Notes under the pieces: generated by a model
What the model was told of the DNA's origin: nothing
Database searches by the model: none
The model's input: the letters and a program-made list of their open reading frames with translations, nothing else
Source: Clostridia bacterium
GTDB lineage: Bacteria > Bacillota > Clostridia > UMGS1883
Assembly: GCA_045656645.1 (NCBI GenBank)
Contig: JAZORN010000080.1
Span: forward strand, 2,845-66,844
DNA: 64,000 nt
Direction of reading: 5' to 3'
Made by a program: the position numbers and the translations under genes
Shown here: positions 35,831-47,269 of the stretch, piece by piece
How positions within the stretch are numbered: the stretch's first letter is position 1
Layout: each line of letters begins with the position of its first letter

Positions 35831-37924
35831 ATGAAGCTGATTATTGCCGAAAAACCGAGCCTTGCACGCAATATTGCCTCTGCAATCGGGAATATGAAAA
35901 AAACCGCAGGCTATTTTGAGGGCAGCGGTTATATTGTGACGTGGGCATTCGGGCATTTGTTTTCCCTTGCCGATGTGGAGCGCTATTCCCCCCGTCCTGA
36001 CGGAGAAAAGGGCTGGACTATGAAAAACCTCCCGTGCTTTCCCCAGAAGTTTGAATTTGAGCTTAAACGCGATAAAGATAAAAATGTTGACAGCGGAGTG
36101 CAAAAGCAATTTGAAATTATAAAATCGCTTTGTAACCGCAGTGACGTTACGCATATAGTAAACGCAGGCGACTCCGACCGTGAGGGTGAAATAATTGTCC
36201 GCACCGTTGTTATGAAGGCAGATTGTAAGGATAAGCCCTTTGTAAGACTCTGGCTTCCTGACCAGACGGAGGAAACAATCCGTGAAGGACTTTCCGAAAT
36301 GAAAGAGGAAGCCTTTTACGATAACCTTGCAAAGGAAGGTTATGCGAGAACTTTCATAGACTGGCTTTACGGTGTAAATCTTACACGCTATGCCTCTCTA
36401 AAGTCAGGCACACTTATGCGGGTAGGTCGTGTTATTGTTCCTATTGTAAAGGCTATTTATGACCGTGATACAGAGATACGCAATTTTAAGCCTGATATTT
36501 ACTATGCCCCCTATAGCCTTACAGAGCAGGGCGGCGGTGAAATAGAGCTTACAAGCAAGCAGAAGTTTAATAAAAACGAGATTGCACGTGCAAACGAGCT
36601 TTGCGTGAAATATAATAATGCTAAAGGTACAGTAGTTTCCAAAAAGACGAAAAAGGATACCCTTTCAGCGGGAAAGCTTTATTCCCTTACAAAGCTTCAG
36701 AATGCATTAGGCAAAAAATATAAAATGTCTATGGAGGAAAGTCTGCGTATTGTTCAGGGGCTTTACGAAAAGGGATATGTTACATATCCCAGAACAAATT
36801 CAGAATACCTTGCAACTGCAGAAAAGGGGAAGATAAAGCAGATACTTTCCGCAGTGGAAAAGGCAGGCTACAGTGTAAAGTTCAAAGACGGCAAGACAAT
36901 TTTTGATGACAGTAAGATTGAGTCACATTCAGCACTCACCCCGACATATAAAATACCTGCAAAAAATGCCCTTTCCGAGGAAGAGGCGAAGGTCTATTCT
37001 GCAATTATGCGCCGATTTGTAGCTGTATTTTGCAGTGAGGATTGCATAGCACAGAAAAGCGAGATGAAAATTGATGTTGGCGGTATGGAGGAATTTACAT
37101 TAAAGGGCACCGTAATTCTCGAACCCGGCTGGACAAAATATGATGACTATAATAAAAAGGATAAAATATTACCCAATTTAGAAAAGGGCGATATTATAGA
37201 TGTAGACTTTAAACCAAAGGAAAAGGAAACCTCTCCGCCAAAGCATTACACGATAGAAACGCTTAATAATTACCTCAAAAATCCTTTCCGTGAGGATAAG
37301 GCAAATGCGCAAAACGAGGATGATGAGGCGGAATACCGTGCAATATTTGAAGGACTGGAATTAGGTACAGAGGCAACAAGAACGGGGATAATTGATAACG
37401 CCATAAAAAGCGGATATATTTCCCTCAAAAAAGATGTGTATACTATTCTTCCCGACGGGGAAAACCTTATCCTTTCACTTAAAAGAATGGGAATAAGTAT
37501 GGATAAATACAAAACCTCGCTTTTAGGTCAGGCATTAAAAAAGGTGTATAAGAACGAAATCACTGTTAAGGACAGTATAGCCATAGCCCAAAGGGAGATT
37601 GAGGCGGTTTTCAAAAGAGAAGAAGCTACCCCCGAAAAAGACACTGATGACGGCTTTATTGGTGACAAAATAGGAAAATGCCCGCTGTGCGGTAAAACGG
37701 TGGTGCGTACACGGTTTGGTTACGGATGCGACGGATATAAGGATGGATGCAAATTCAGCATAAATAATGTAATCCTTGACCGTGTGATTTCTGTGTCAAA
37801 TATAAAAATGCTCCTTGAAACGGGCAGGACAAGTAAGATAGAGGGCTTTATTTCCAAAAAGACGGGAAAACCTTTTTCCGCAGTGCTTAAGCTTGATGGA
37901 GATAAAGTAAACTTTGAATTTTAA
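35831..37924 (+). CDS. topB: DNA topoisomerase III
   Basis: Toprim N-terminus MKLIIAEKPS / GDSDREGE, active-site Tyr region GYVTYPRTNSEYL, and C-terminal zinc ribbons (CPLCGK..., GYGCDGYKDGCKF). Confidence 0.88.
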   Translation: MKLIIAEKPSLARNIASAIGNMKKTAGYFEGSGYIVTWAFGHLFSLADVERYSPRPDGEKGWTMKNLPCFPQKFEFELKRDKDKNVDSGVQKQFEIIKSLCNRSDVTHIVNAGDSDREGEIIVRTVVMKADCKDKPFVRLWLPDQTEETIREGLSEMKEEAFYDNLAKEGYARTFIDWLYGVNLTRYASLKSGTLMRVGRVIVPIVKAIYDRDTEIRNFKPDIYYAPYSLTEQGGGEIELTSKQKFNKNEIARANELCVKYNNAKGTVVSKKTKKDTLSAGKLYSLTKLQNALGKKYKMSMEESLRIVQGLYEKGYVTYPRTNSEYLATAEKGKIKQILSAVEKAGYSVKFKDGKTIFDDSKIESHSALTPTYKIPAKNALSEEEAKVYSAIMRRFVAVFCSEDCIAQKSEMKIDVGGMEEFTLKGTVILEPGWTKYDDYNKKDKILPNLEKGDIIDVDFKPKEKETSPPKHYTIETLNNYLKNPFREDKANAQNEDDEAEYRAIFEGLELGTEATRTGIIDNAIKSGYISLKKDVYTILPDGENLILSLKRMGISMDKYKTSLLGQALKKVYKNEITVKDSIAIAQREIEAVFKREEATPEKDTDDGFIGDKIGKCPLCGKTVVRTRFGYGCDGYKDGCKFSINNVILDRVISVSNIKMLLETGRTSKIEGFISKKTGKPFSAVLKLDGDKVNFEF

Positions 37925-37952
37925 AGGGAATGTAAAAAAGTCCAAAGCGCAA

Positions 37953-37990
37953 AAAGGCGGTGTAAAAAATCACTTTTTTACACCGCCTTT
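37953..37990 (+). terminator. terminator hairpin after topB
   Basis: 17-bp stem aaaggcggtgtaaaaaa / ttttttacaccgccttt. Confidence 0.7.
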
Positions 37991-37995
37991 AAACG

Positions 37996-38059
37996 AAGAT
38001 TTTTTGCAAAGCAAAAAAACCACCAACATTTCGCATTTCGAACTTCGCATTTCGAATTT
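37996..38059. repeat. intergenic repeat family B, copy 2 (64 bp)
   Basis: Same hairpin + ccaccaaca + tandem ttcgcatttcgaaN x2 as 26362-26425, in the same orientation. The hairpin loop is aaa instead of ttt. Confidence 0.85.
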
Positions 38060-38079
38060 ACCATACTGTCGCTTTTCGA

Positions 38080-38649
38080 TTATCCTCTTTTTGTACATAT
38101 GTTTAGTAAATCATATGTCTTTATGTATTTTTCCATATCAACACCGTTTGTCAGGTAATAAATAAGAGCCTCTGCAGCGGCATTTGAGTCGCTTGCCGCA
38201 TTATGGTGCACAAGCTCAATTCCAAGGTAACTGCACAGTGTATTAAGCTTATGATTTGGAAGACTTGGCAGTGCCTTTCTTCCGATGGCGCACGTGCAGG
38301 CATACTTTGCGTAGCATTTCCATTCTATGCCGTAGTCACGCAGACATTTGCCAAGTACCGCCATATCAAACGGAGCATTGTGTGCAACAAGAATACCGCT
38401 ATCCATAATCGGCTCTATCATTTTCCAAAGCTCTTTAAAATTCGGTTTATCCTTTACCATTTCAGGGGAAATTCCCGTAAGAGTGATATTAAAGCTGTCA
38501 AAATGACACTGCGGGTTTACAAGGCAGTAGTATCCTTTAACAATCTTCATATTTTCAACAATCGTTATGCCGATTGCACTCATTCTGTCATTTCTGCTGT
38601 TGGGTGTTTCAACGTCAAAAATTATGTATCGTTTATTCATATGCCGCAC
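38080..38649 (-). CDS. DEDDh 3'-5' exonuclease (DnaQ/epsilon-like)
   Basis: Exo motifs FDVETPN, HNAPFDM and HHNAASD. Confidence 0.85.
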   Translation of the reverse strand: MRHMNKRYIIFDVETPNSRNDRMSAIGITIVENMKIVKGYYCLVNPQCHFDSFNITLTGISPEMVKDKPNFKELWKMIEPIMDSGILVAHNAPFDMAVLGKCLRDYGIEWKCYAKYACTCAIGRKALPSLPNHKLNTLCSYLGIELVHHNAASDSNAAAEALIYYLTNGVDMEKYIKTYDLLNICTKRG

Positions 38650-38763
38650 CTCTTTTATGCTATTATACTACAAATTACGATAAATGTCAAAACCGGAAAG
38701 AACTCGGTTTTGACATTTATAAAAAAATAGGTTTTCAATGTTACTTGCTAAAAAACAGGTCCT

Positions 38764-39711
38764 CTATTTCAACGGATAAACACTGAGCGCTGCATCGTCA
38801 AGGTCTGTACTGTAGAGATTAACGCAGTTAATTGATAAATTATCATATGTGGTATAATAATAAATCCCCTTGTCAGTGTTAACGCAGGAGGAATACTGCG
38901 TAATTTCGTATAATCCGTTTTCAAGGCGGGTAAGGCCGCGTATCTGTCTTGTACTTCCTAAAATGTGAAAAAACTGTGTGACAGCACTTTTTTCATCGTT
39001 TTCTGACACACTGTTAAGCTTTGTAAATGAAGCCCTCACGAAACGTGAGGTGGAGGATACATCCCCCGGAAGACCCATTGCACCCATCCCTCGGCTGTAG
39101 GGGGCAAGATTGATTTTTTCTGAAAAAGTATTTTGCGGGGGAGTTGCAGAAAGTGACATATAGTTATTAAGATTAAACATCTGAAAAGGAAATGGGGGAT
39201 TATTTGTCAGTACACCGACGGGGTTATTATGCACGAATATCCCCTCACGCAGTGCCTCAATTACTATGCTCTCTTTTCTGTCTGCTATAATCCAGTGCAG
39301 GGGAGATGGCGGAAGTTCGGGGCTGAAAACATCGTCTGTAATATTTATTTTTTTAATCAGCTTTTTTGCATCAGCTACGTTTTCACACTGTGACAGTACC
39401 CACGGGATGAATTCAAAGGAGGGTATGTTATCACATTCCTTATTTAAAGGGCGGTAAAATGCATTTTCAGAAAAAAGAAGTCCTGCCATACTAAGACCTT
39501 TTTCGTTTGTCGCATCAAAATATAACGGATAGTCCTCGGAAACAACCGCCATTCCTATTAATGAAAAATGTGTATTAAGAGTTTTCATATGGCGAAAGGG
39601 GAGAGGGAAATTTCTTGGCGTAATTACAATTTTTTCGCCAAAGGAATGTTCGTAATCAAGGTTTCTGCCGAAATAATGGTCTGAAACAGTATACGTTATT
39701 GCAGTGCACAT
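38764..39711 (-). CDS. choloylglycine hydrolase family (bile-salt-hydrolase-like) Ntn hydrolase
   Basis: N-terminal nucleophile MCTAITY (Cys2). 315 aa. Linear amide C-N hydrolase pattern. Confidence 0.85.
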   Translation of the reverse strand: MCTAITYTVSDHYFGRNLDYEHSFGEKIVITPRNFPLPFRHMKTLNTHFSLIGMAVVSEDYPLYFDATNEKGLSMAGLLFSENAFYRPLNKECDNIPSFEFIPWVLSQCENVADAKKLIKKINITDDVFSPELPPSPLHWIIADRKESIVIEALREGIFVHNNPVGVLTNNPPFPFQMFNLNNYMSLSATPPQNTFSEKINLAPYSRGMGAMGLPGDVSSTSRFVRASFTKLNSVSENDEKSAVTQFFHILGSTRQIRGLTRLENGLYEITQYSSCVNTDKGIYYYTTYDNLSINCVNLYSTDLDDAALSVYPLK

Positions 39712-39765
39712 AAATCCTCCAAAAAAATAGTTTTTGATAGTATGTGCATTTTAAATTATTAAAAT

Positions 39766-39940
39766 ACCAAAAAGGGAATGTAGCAAAATGTATATTTATG
39801 CAATCCATTAAGTGGGGACGGTCCTGTTTTGGAACAAAAAACATAATTTTTCGTGCCAAAAGACTTAAAAAGTCTGTCAGGAGCCGTCCCCGAATGGCTT
39901 GCATTGTATATTAATACATTTTGCTACATCCCCTTTTGGT
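39766..39940. repeat. long imperfect palindromic element (about 60-bp arms)
   Basis: Left arm accaaaaagggaatgtagcaaaatgta...ggggacggtcctg pairs with right arm caggagccgtcccc...tacattttgctacatccccttttggt. Two small hairpins sit at the centre. Confidence 0.8.
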
Positions 39941-39967
39941 ATCAAGAAAAATTTTTACGGAGTAGCA

Positions 39968-40285
39968 TTAAATAACGGGGACAAAAATCGTTTGTCCGCA
40001 GATAATGTTACAATCCTTGATACCGTTGTTAGCTGAAATTTCATAAACAAATTCACGGATATCTGTACCCTTTGGTTTATACTCCTTTGCAATTGACCAG
40101 AGTGTATCACCGGGCTCAACAACAACGGAAACAACATTGTAACCGTCCATAGCTGCATCCTGCTTTGAAAAAGCAGCGTGTGCCGCCATAATAACTGTAA
40201 TAACCAATATCATAAGAGCAGCGCTGCGCTGACGGCGGAGCTTTCTTGCCCTTTGTAATCTTCTGAGTTTGCTGCTTGTAACCAT
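39968..40285 (-). CDS. LysM-domain membrane protein, YneA-like candidate SOS cell-division inhibitor
   Basis: Basic N-terminus, one TM helix, C-terminal LysM (VEPGDTLWSIAKEY). ATG at 40285 with a ggagg RBS. Two LexA boxes lie upstream. Confidence 0.8.
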   Translation of the reverse strand: MVTSSKLRRLQRARKLRRQRSAALMILVITVIMAAHAAFSKQDAAMDGYNVVSVVVEPGDTLWSIAKEYKPKGTDIREFVYEISANNGIKDCNIICGQTIFVPVI

Positions 40286-40297
40286 ATATATAACCTC

Positions 40298-40311
40298 CAA
40301 ACATTTGTTCG
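40298..40311 (-). promoter_or_regulatory. LexA (Cheo) box 2
   Basis: Minus strand reads CGAACAAATGTTTG, close to the Firmicute consensus CGAAC-N4-GTTYC. It overlaps the RBS region of the LysM gene. Confidence 0.65.
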
Positions 40312-40331
40312 ACTTACACCTATAATATAAC

Positions 40332-40345
40332 AGAACATCTGTTCG
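40332..40345 (-). promoter_or_regulatory. LexA (Cheo) box 1
   Basis: Minus strand reads CGAACAGATGTTCT, a full match to CGAACRNRYGTTC. It lies just upstream of a -10-like tatatt/tattat. Confidence 0.75.
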
Positions 40346-40475
40346 AAGTCAATACTTTTTTGAAAAATTTTCCTAAAAATTTTCAAAAAGAAAATACCGA
40401 AGTATAGTTTAAAACCATACTTCGGTATTTTGTACTCCCGTTATTACCGGGAAAGGATAACACAGGTTATCCTTT

Positions 40476-40667
40476 TTATTTCATTGACTGCTCGTATGCA
40501 GAAATCATTTTCTTAACCATCTGTCCGCCTACGCTGCCGTTCTCTCTGCTTGTCTTGTCTCCGTTGTAACCCTGGTTAAGTGTTACACCAACTTCGTTAG
40601 CGGCTTCCATCTTAAAACGGTTAAGTGCCTCTCTTGCTTCGGGTACTAAAACTTTTGATCTGCTCAT
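40476..40667 (-). CDS. alpha/beta-type small acid-soluble spore protein
   Basis: SASP signatures EAANEVGV and GSVGGQMVKKMI. The second ATG (40667) is best spaced from the aaggag RBS. Confidence 0.9.
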   Translation of the reverse strand: MSRSKVLVPEAREALNRFKMEAANEVGVTLNQGYNGDKTSRENGSVGGQMVKKMISAYEQSMK

Positions 40668-40856
40668 TTTCATTTTCTCCTTTTAATTTTTTTTAATCTT
40701 TTTTTAAGCAAAGGCTCTTTTTCAGTGCCAAAGCTTACGTTACTATTTTTCTACGCACAGAAAAATATATTCAGCCAATGTTTGGCTATAAAAGGAGAAA
40801 AAGTAAGCTTTAAAAATTTAAAAAATTTATTTGATTGTTATACTCCGATATATGCG

Positions 40857-41825
40857 CTAAACCAAGATGGTTTCCTTTTCTTTTTTCTGTGTTTTCATAG
40901 CGGGTATAACAAAATTAATTCCGTCTTTTATAATTTCAAATTCGGTTTTTTCTGCATCTGAAATTTCCCCGTCAGCACAAAGGCGCATTTTCCCGTCAAG
41001 GGGTGTTATAACCGCCTTTTTACATTTTGTTGTAAATATTACGTTCTCAATCTTGCGTAAATTTATGTGTGTTCCTTTCATATAGAAAGGAAGCTTGGTA
41101 AGGAAATTAAGGCGTGAAATATTATAAATTATATTAACGTTTATAAATCCGTCCTTTATTGAGGCAAGAGGATTGCTTTTTATACCGCCGCCGCAATAGC
41201 TTCCGTTTGCCAGAGAGGTAAGAAGAAGAGGACCGCAATGCTTTTTCTTGCCGTCAAGCTCAATTAAAAGCTTTGCGCCTTTCTTTTTTATAAGCACTAC
41301 AAAAATAGATAAAAGGTAGGCGAGAGAGCCTGAAATAAAAGGCTTCTTCTTCATACTTGCGGTCATATCGGCTACATTACAGTCAAAGCCGATATTAAAC
41401 ATATTAACGCAGTAACCCGTCTTTTCCTTTCCGTTTAATGTTGTACGGTAGCGTATAACGTCGCACTTTGTGCTTTCGCCCTCAATTTGTGCGGCAATGC
41501 TTGAAAAATCACCACCTTGTGCAAAATTTCTGCAAAAATCATTACCCGTGCCAAGCGGTATGACGCCAATCTCGGAATCAGGACACTCCGATGCTCCGCT
41601 TACTACTTCGCCAAGTGTTCCGTCTCCTCCGCACGCAATAAAACGTGCCGCACCGTGAATTTCACAATATTCTTTCACAAAACACTCTGCATCACCGGGG
41701 GCGGAAGTAACGTGTAATCCAATATCTTCATTCAGAAATAAAGAAACCTCTTTAATTTTGTCAATCAGCTTTTCGGTGTCAGTTCCCTGACCTGCCATAG
41801 GATTTATTATAAAAACAGTTTTCAT
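40857..41825 (-). CDS. diacylglycerol-kinase-family lipid kinase (YegS/BmrU-like)
   Basis: N-terminus VFIINPMAGQG and the catalytic GGDGT motif. ATG at 41825 with a gaggtg RBS. Confidence 0.85.
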   Translation of the reverse strand: MKTVFIINPMAGQGTDTEKLIDKIKEVSLFLNEDIGLHVTSAPGDAECFVKEYCEIHGAARFIACGGDGTLGEVVSGASECPDSEIGVIPLGTGNDFCRNFAQGGDFSSIAAQIEGESTKCDVIRYRTTLNGKEKTGYCVNMFNIGFDCNVADMTASMKKKPFISGSLAYLLSIFVVLIKKKGAKLLIELDGKKKHCGPLLLTSLANGSYCGGGIKSNPLASIKDGFINVNIIYNISRLNFLTKLPFYMKGTHINLRKIENVIFTTKCKKAVITPLDGKMRLCADGEISDAEKTEFEIIKDGINFVIPAMKTQKKEKETILV

Positions 41826-41887
41826 AATAAGCACCTCGCCAAAATCTTCCTATAAAAGACAGTTTAACACAAATTCTGACAAGGTGC

Positions 41888-41930
41888 AAGAAAATAGGGT
41901 GTAAAAAACTCGTATTTTTACACCCTATTT
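41888..41930 (-). terminator. intrinsic terminator after PTS gene
   Basis: 16-bp stem aaatagggtgtaaaaa / tttttacaccctattt with a T-run on the minus strand. Confidence 0.75.
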
Positions 41931-41938
41931 TCTGATGT

Positions 41939-44077
<2,139 letters not shown>

Positions 44078-44145
44078 CTAATAGTTGTATCGTGCCACCA
44101 CTTTGCACAAATTATCCAAAAAAAGAAAGAAGTATAAAATTTTTC

Positions 44146-44184
44146 ATAATAAAAGCGGCACCCTCATAAGGATTGCCGCTTTTG
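44146..44184 (-). terminator. intrinsic terminator after GGDEF gene
   Basis: Stem aaaagcggca / tgccgctttt followed by a T-rich run on the minus strand. Confidence 0.7.
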
Positions 44185-44214
44185 CTATGAAAATTTGCAT
44201 TAATCAAGACATAA

Positions 44215-45324
44215 TTAAATATGTTCTTTTTTCTTTTGTTGTTTGTTGGAATACATAAGTGTATCAGCCTTTTTATAGGCTTCCTCAAATGGTTTTGTAT
44301 CATTGAAATCTACCATGCAACAGCCATAAGACACTGTAATGCCGTTTAAGGTATATAAGTTTTTATTCATTTTTCTGATTTGGTTTTCAACGTCTGATAA
44401 TTGTATGTTTTTGAACAGTAAAACGAATTCATCTCCGCCAATTCGGAAACTCCTACACTCAAATTGTTCAAAGTGTTCCTTAATGACAGAGCCTACACGT
44501 TTTAGTATTTCATCACCTGCCGCATGCCCATTTGTATCATTGATGCTTTTAAACCCATCAATATCCATCATTACAAATATAAAAGATACATCATTACTGT
44601 TCCTGTGATTAAACACCAGTCTTTTTGTATGTTTCATATATGCTACTCTGTTTTGCATATTTGTAAGAACATCTATGTATGCAATTTTTTCAAGTTCAAC
44701 ATTTTCATACGTTTTTTTATTCATTAAAGAAATACTTTTTACTGTATCAAAAATCAAAATTAAAGTTGAATAAAAAATGATGCTGAAAATCACAAAATCA
44801 ATAGCAATAACCCTTGCTTTATTTCTTTCAATAACACTAAAAGCATATTGATTTACAAACTGTATTAAAAAGAAAACTAATATAATATTAAGTTTCCACC
44901 AGCCTGAATTAAAAAATATTTTATATTTTCGATAGGTAGGAATTAAAAACTTATATAAAAATATATGCATTAATATTACTGTGATTGTTGTATAAATATA
45001 CAAATGAGAATTGCTCTCTAAAAAGACTGATAAAATCAAATTTGCACCAATACAAATGCAAAATGAATTTGAGTATGTCAAAAAAAGAAAAAGGTTTTCG
45101 CCAACAGAACCTATTGACGTTAAGTAAAAGAAGATAGCCTGCATAAATAGCGTACCCCAAAAAACGTATACCGCATTTTTTTGAAATATCATAAGGCACA
45201 CAGAAAATAATGCGTATATCCCCCAAAAACAAGCTGTCAGTAGTTTATTGTATTTCTGTTTTTGAAGATATAATGCTCCTGTAATATGAGATAAAAGTAT
45301 TGTTAATATGCCAAAGTAATTCAT
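44215..45324 (-). CDS. membrane-anchored diguanylate cyclase (GGDEF)
   Basis: About 200 aa of multi-TM N-terminal region, then a GGDEF domain with an intact FRIGGDEF. ATG at 45324 is preferred. The ORF opens at 45387. Confidence 0.85.
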   Translation of the reverse strand: MNYFGILTILLSHITGALYLQKQKYNKLLTACFWGIYALFSVCLMIFQKNAVYVFWGTLFMQAIFFYLTSIGSVGENLFLFLTYSNSFCICIGANLILSVFLESNSHLYIYTTITVILMHIFLYKFLIPTYRKYKIFFNSGWWKLNIILVFFLIQFVNQYAFSVIERNKARVIAIDFVIFSIIFYSTLILIFDTVKSISLMNKKTYENVELEKIAYIDVLTNMQNRVAYMKHTKRLVFNHRNSNDVSFIFVMMDIDGFKSINDTNGHAAGDEILKRVGSVIKEHFEQFECRSFRIGGDEFVLLFKNIQLSDVENQIRKMNKNLYTLNGITVSYGCCMVDFNDTKPFEEAYKKADTLMYSNKQQKKKEHI

Positions 45325-45465
45325 ATAGTAATTGTTTTCCCCCAGTTGCTTAAATCGCCAACAAAATTGCAGAGACTTGCGATGCAAACCTCTCAGCCCT
45401 TATTATTACAAGTTTTTTAATTATCAAGAAAAATACGATTTTTATTACATAGAAATTGCGTCTGA

Positions 45466-45963
45466 TTAAAACATTTTTGTCTTTTCAAATATTTTTATAA
45501 GTATTATTCCAATAATAATACCTGCAACACCCTGAACTGCATTTGGGGGAATGTTTATAAGCGACGGTGCAAACCCGTATAAAAATCCTTCGAAAACAAA
45601 ATATCCCAAAATCATTGCGATTTCTGCAAAAATACCGCCGATAACTCTTGCGGGCGTATTTCCAAATTTGTTACTAAAACATTTCTGGCACAAATACGCA
45701 ATGATTGCCATAATCCCCTTAATTACAAAGGTTGCAGGGGCATACACAACATAACCTGAAAATATATCTGCAAGTGCAGAGCCTGTCCCCGCACAAAGAA
45801 ATGCATACATCGGGGAAAGGAGCCATCCTGAAAGCAGTACCACACAGTCACCAAGATTTATGTATCCTTTCAGCGGAGAAGGTATTTTGATAATCATTGT
45901 TGCCGTGCAGCAAAGCGCTGCAAGCATTGAAGCAATTACAATTTTTTGCGTTTTTGTTTTCAT
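45466..45963 (-). CDS. ECF-transporter S component (substrate unknown)
   Basis: 165-aa six-TM protein with a typical S-component N-terminus (IASMLAALCCTATMIIKIP). It is divergent from a MocR/PdxR-type regulator. Confidence 0.65.
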   Translation of the reverse strand: MKTKTQKIVIASMLAALCCTATMIIKIPSPLKGYINLGDCVVLLSGWLLSPMYAFLCAGTGSALADIFSGYVVYAPATFVIKGIMAIIAYLCQKCFSNKFGNTPARVIGGIFAEIAMILGYFVFEGFLYGFAPSLINIPPNAVQGVAGIIIGIILIKIFEKTKMF

Positions 45964-46054
45964 TTTTAAAACCTCTTTACAAAATTTTTTGTTTATTATA
46001 TAATAAATCTGAATATATTACAATTACCAATTAAGGAGTTTTTAATATAACCAG

Positions 46055-47143
46055 ATGAAATACTCAATCAATCTTAATTCTAAACAAAAGGCATATGTGC
46101 AGCTTTATAAACAGCTCAGAACCGATATAATAAACTCAGTTTATAAATACGGCGACAAGCTTCCTTCCAAGCGTATTCTTGCAGAGGAAACATTGACAAG
46201 TGTTATTACTGTAGAACACTCATATGCCATACTGCGTGATGAAGGATATATAGAATCCAAGCAACGCAGCGGATACTTTGTTACATATCGAAAAAATGAT
46301 TTTGTACCTATAGTCGAGAATGAAACTTATGATATATTCCCTGATCACCACAATTATCATACAGATGAATTACCCTTTTCTGTGCTTGCAAAAACAATGC
46401 GCAATGTAATATCAAAATACGGCAAAGAGATTTTAATAAAATCTCCGAATGCAGGTTGCAGCCAACTCAGAAAGGCAATTTCTGATTATCTTGCAAGAGG
46501 AAAAGGAATTAATGTTTCGTATAATCAGATTGTAATTGGTTCCGGCGCTGAATATCTCTACGGGCTTATCGTACAGTTTTTAGGACAAGATAAGATATAT
46601 GCACTTGAAAACCCGTCTTACGAAAAGATACACTCTGTATACAGAGCAAACGGAGCCCAGTGTGATTTGTTAAATCTTGGAAAGGACGGAATTCTTACAT
46701 CACAACTTACCAAAACCAAAGCATCAGTCTTACATATAACCCCATTTCGAAGCTTCCCAAGCGGTGTCACTGCAAGTGCCTCAAAACGAAATGAGTATAT
46801 TAAATGGGCAACAGATAGAAACGGGGTTATTATTGAAGATGATTTTAATTCGGAGTTTACTGTATCCATGAAGAACGAGGATACAGTTTTTTCGCTCGAA
46901 CCCAGTCGCAGTGTTATATATGTGAATACCTTCACAAAGACAATTGCTCCCTCTATGAGAATAGGATATATGGTTTTACCCGAGGAGCTTGTTAAGCCTT
47001 TCTTTGATAAGATGGGATTTTACTCCTGCAGCGTTCCTGTATTTGAGCAGTATGTTCTTGCAGAGTTTATTGCGGGCGGTGATTTTGAAAGGCATATAAA
47101 CCGAACAAGGAGAAAACTTCGCCAGATGCTGAAAAAAAAGTAA
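46055..47143 (+). CDS. MocR/GntR-family regulator (wHTH + aminotransferase-like domain), C-terminally short
   Basis: GntR wHTH (LPSKRILAEETLTSVITVEHSYAILRDEGYIESKQRSGYFV) and a fold-type-I PLP Lys motif TFTKTIAPSMRIGY. The protein ends about 60 aa after the Lys. Confidence 0.75.
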   Translation: MKYSINLNSKQKAYVQLYKQLRTDIINSVYKYGDKLPSKRILAEETLTSVITVEHSYAILRDEGYIESKQRSGYFVTYRKNDFVPIVENETYDIFPDHHNYHTDELPFSVLAKTMRNVISKYGKEILIKSPNAGCSQLRKAISDYLARGKGINVSYNQIVIGSGAEYLYGLIVQFLGQDKIYALENPSYEKIHSVYRANGAQCDLLNLGKDGILTSQLTKTKASVLHITPFRSFPSGVTASASKRNEYIKWATDRNGVIIEDDFNSEFTVSMKNEDTVFSLEPSRSVIYVNTFTKTIAPSMRIGYMVLPEELVKPFFDKMGFYSCSVPVFEQYVLAEFIAGGDFERHINRTRRKLRQMLKKK

Positions 47144-47176
47144 AGTGCAGATTTATGCTGTACTTTACTTTTTTTA
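47138..47176. terminator. terminator hairpin between convergent MocR gene and thiC
   Basis: Stem aagtaaagtgcag / ctgtactttactt (one mismatch) followed by tttttt. Confidence 0.65.
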
Positions 47177-47269
47177 CCGTATAGGAAACCAAATTGCGTA
47201 AATCAAGACGCATGAAACTATGGTTGCATAAAGCCGGAGTGAGATATGAGTGCAGGCTCAGCCTGCTTT

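Noticed and set aside
38080-38649. DEDD exonuclease next to topB as a defence pair
   Set aside because: The genes are convergent, have core-like composition, and are both common housekeeping types. Nothing supports a functional system.
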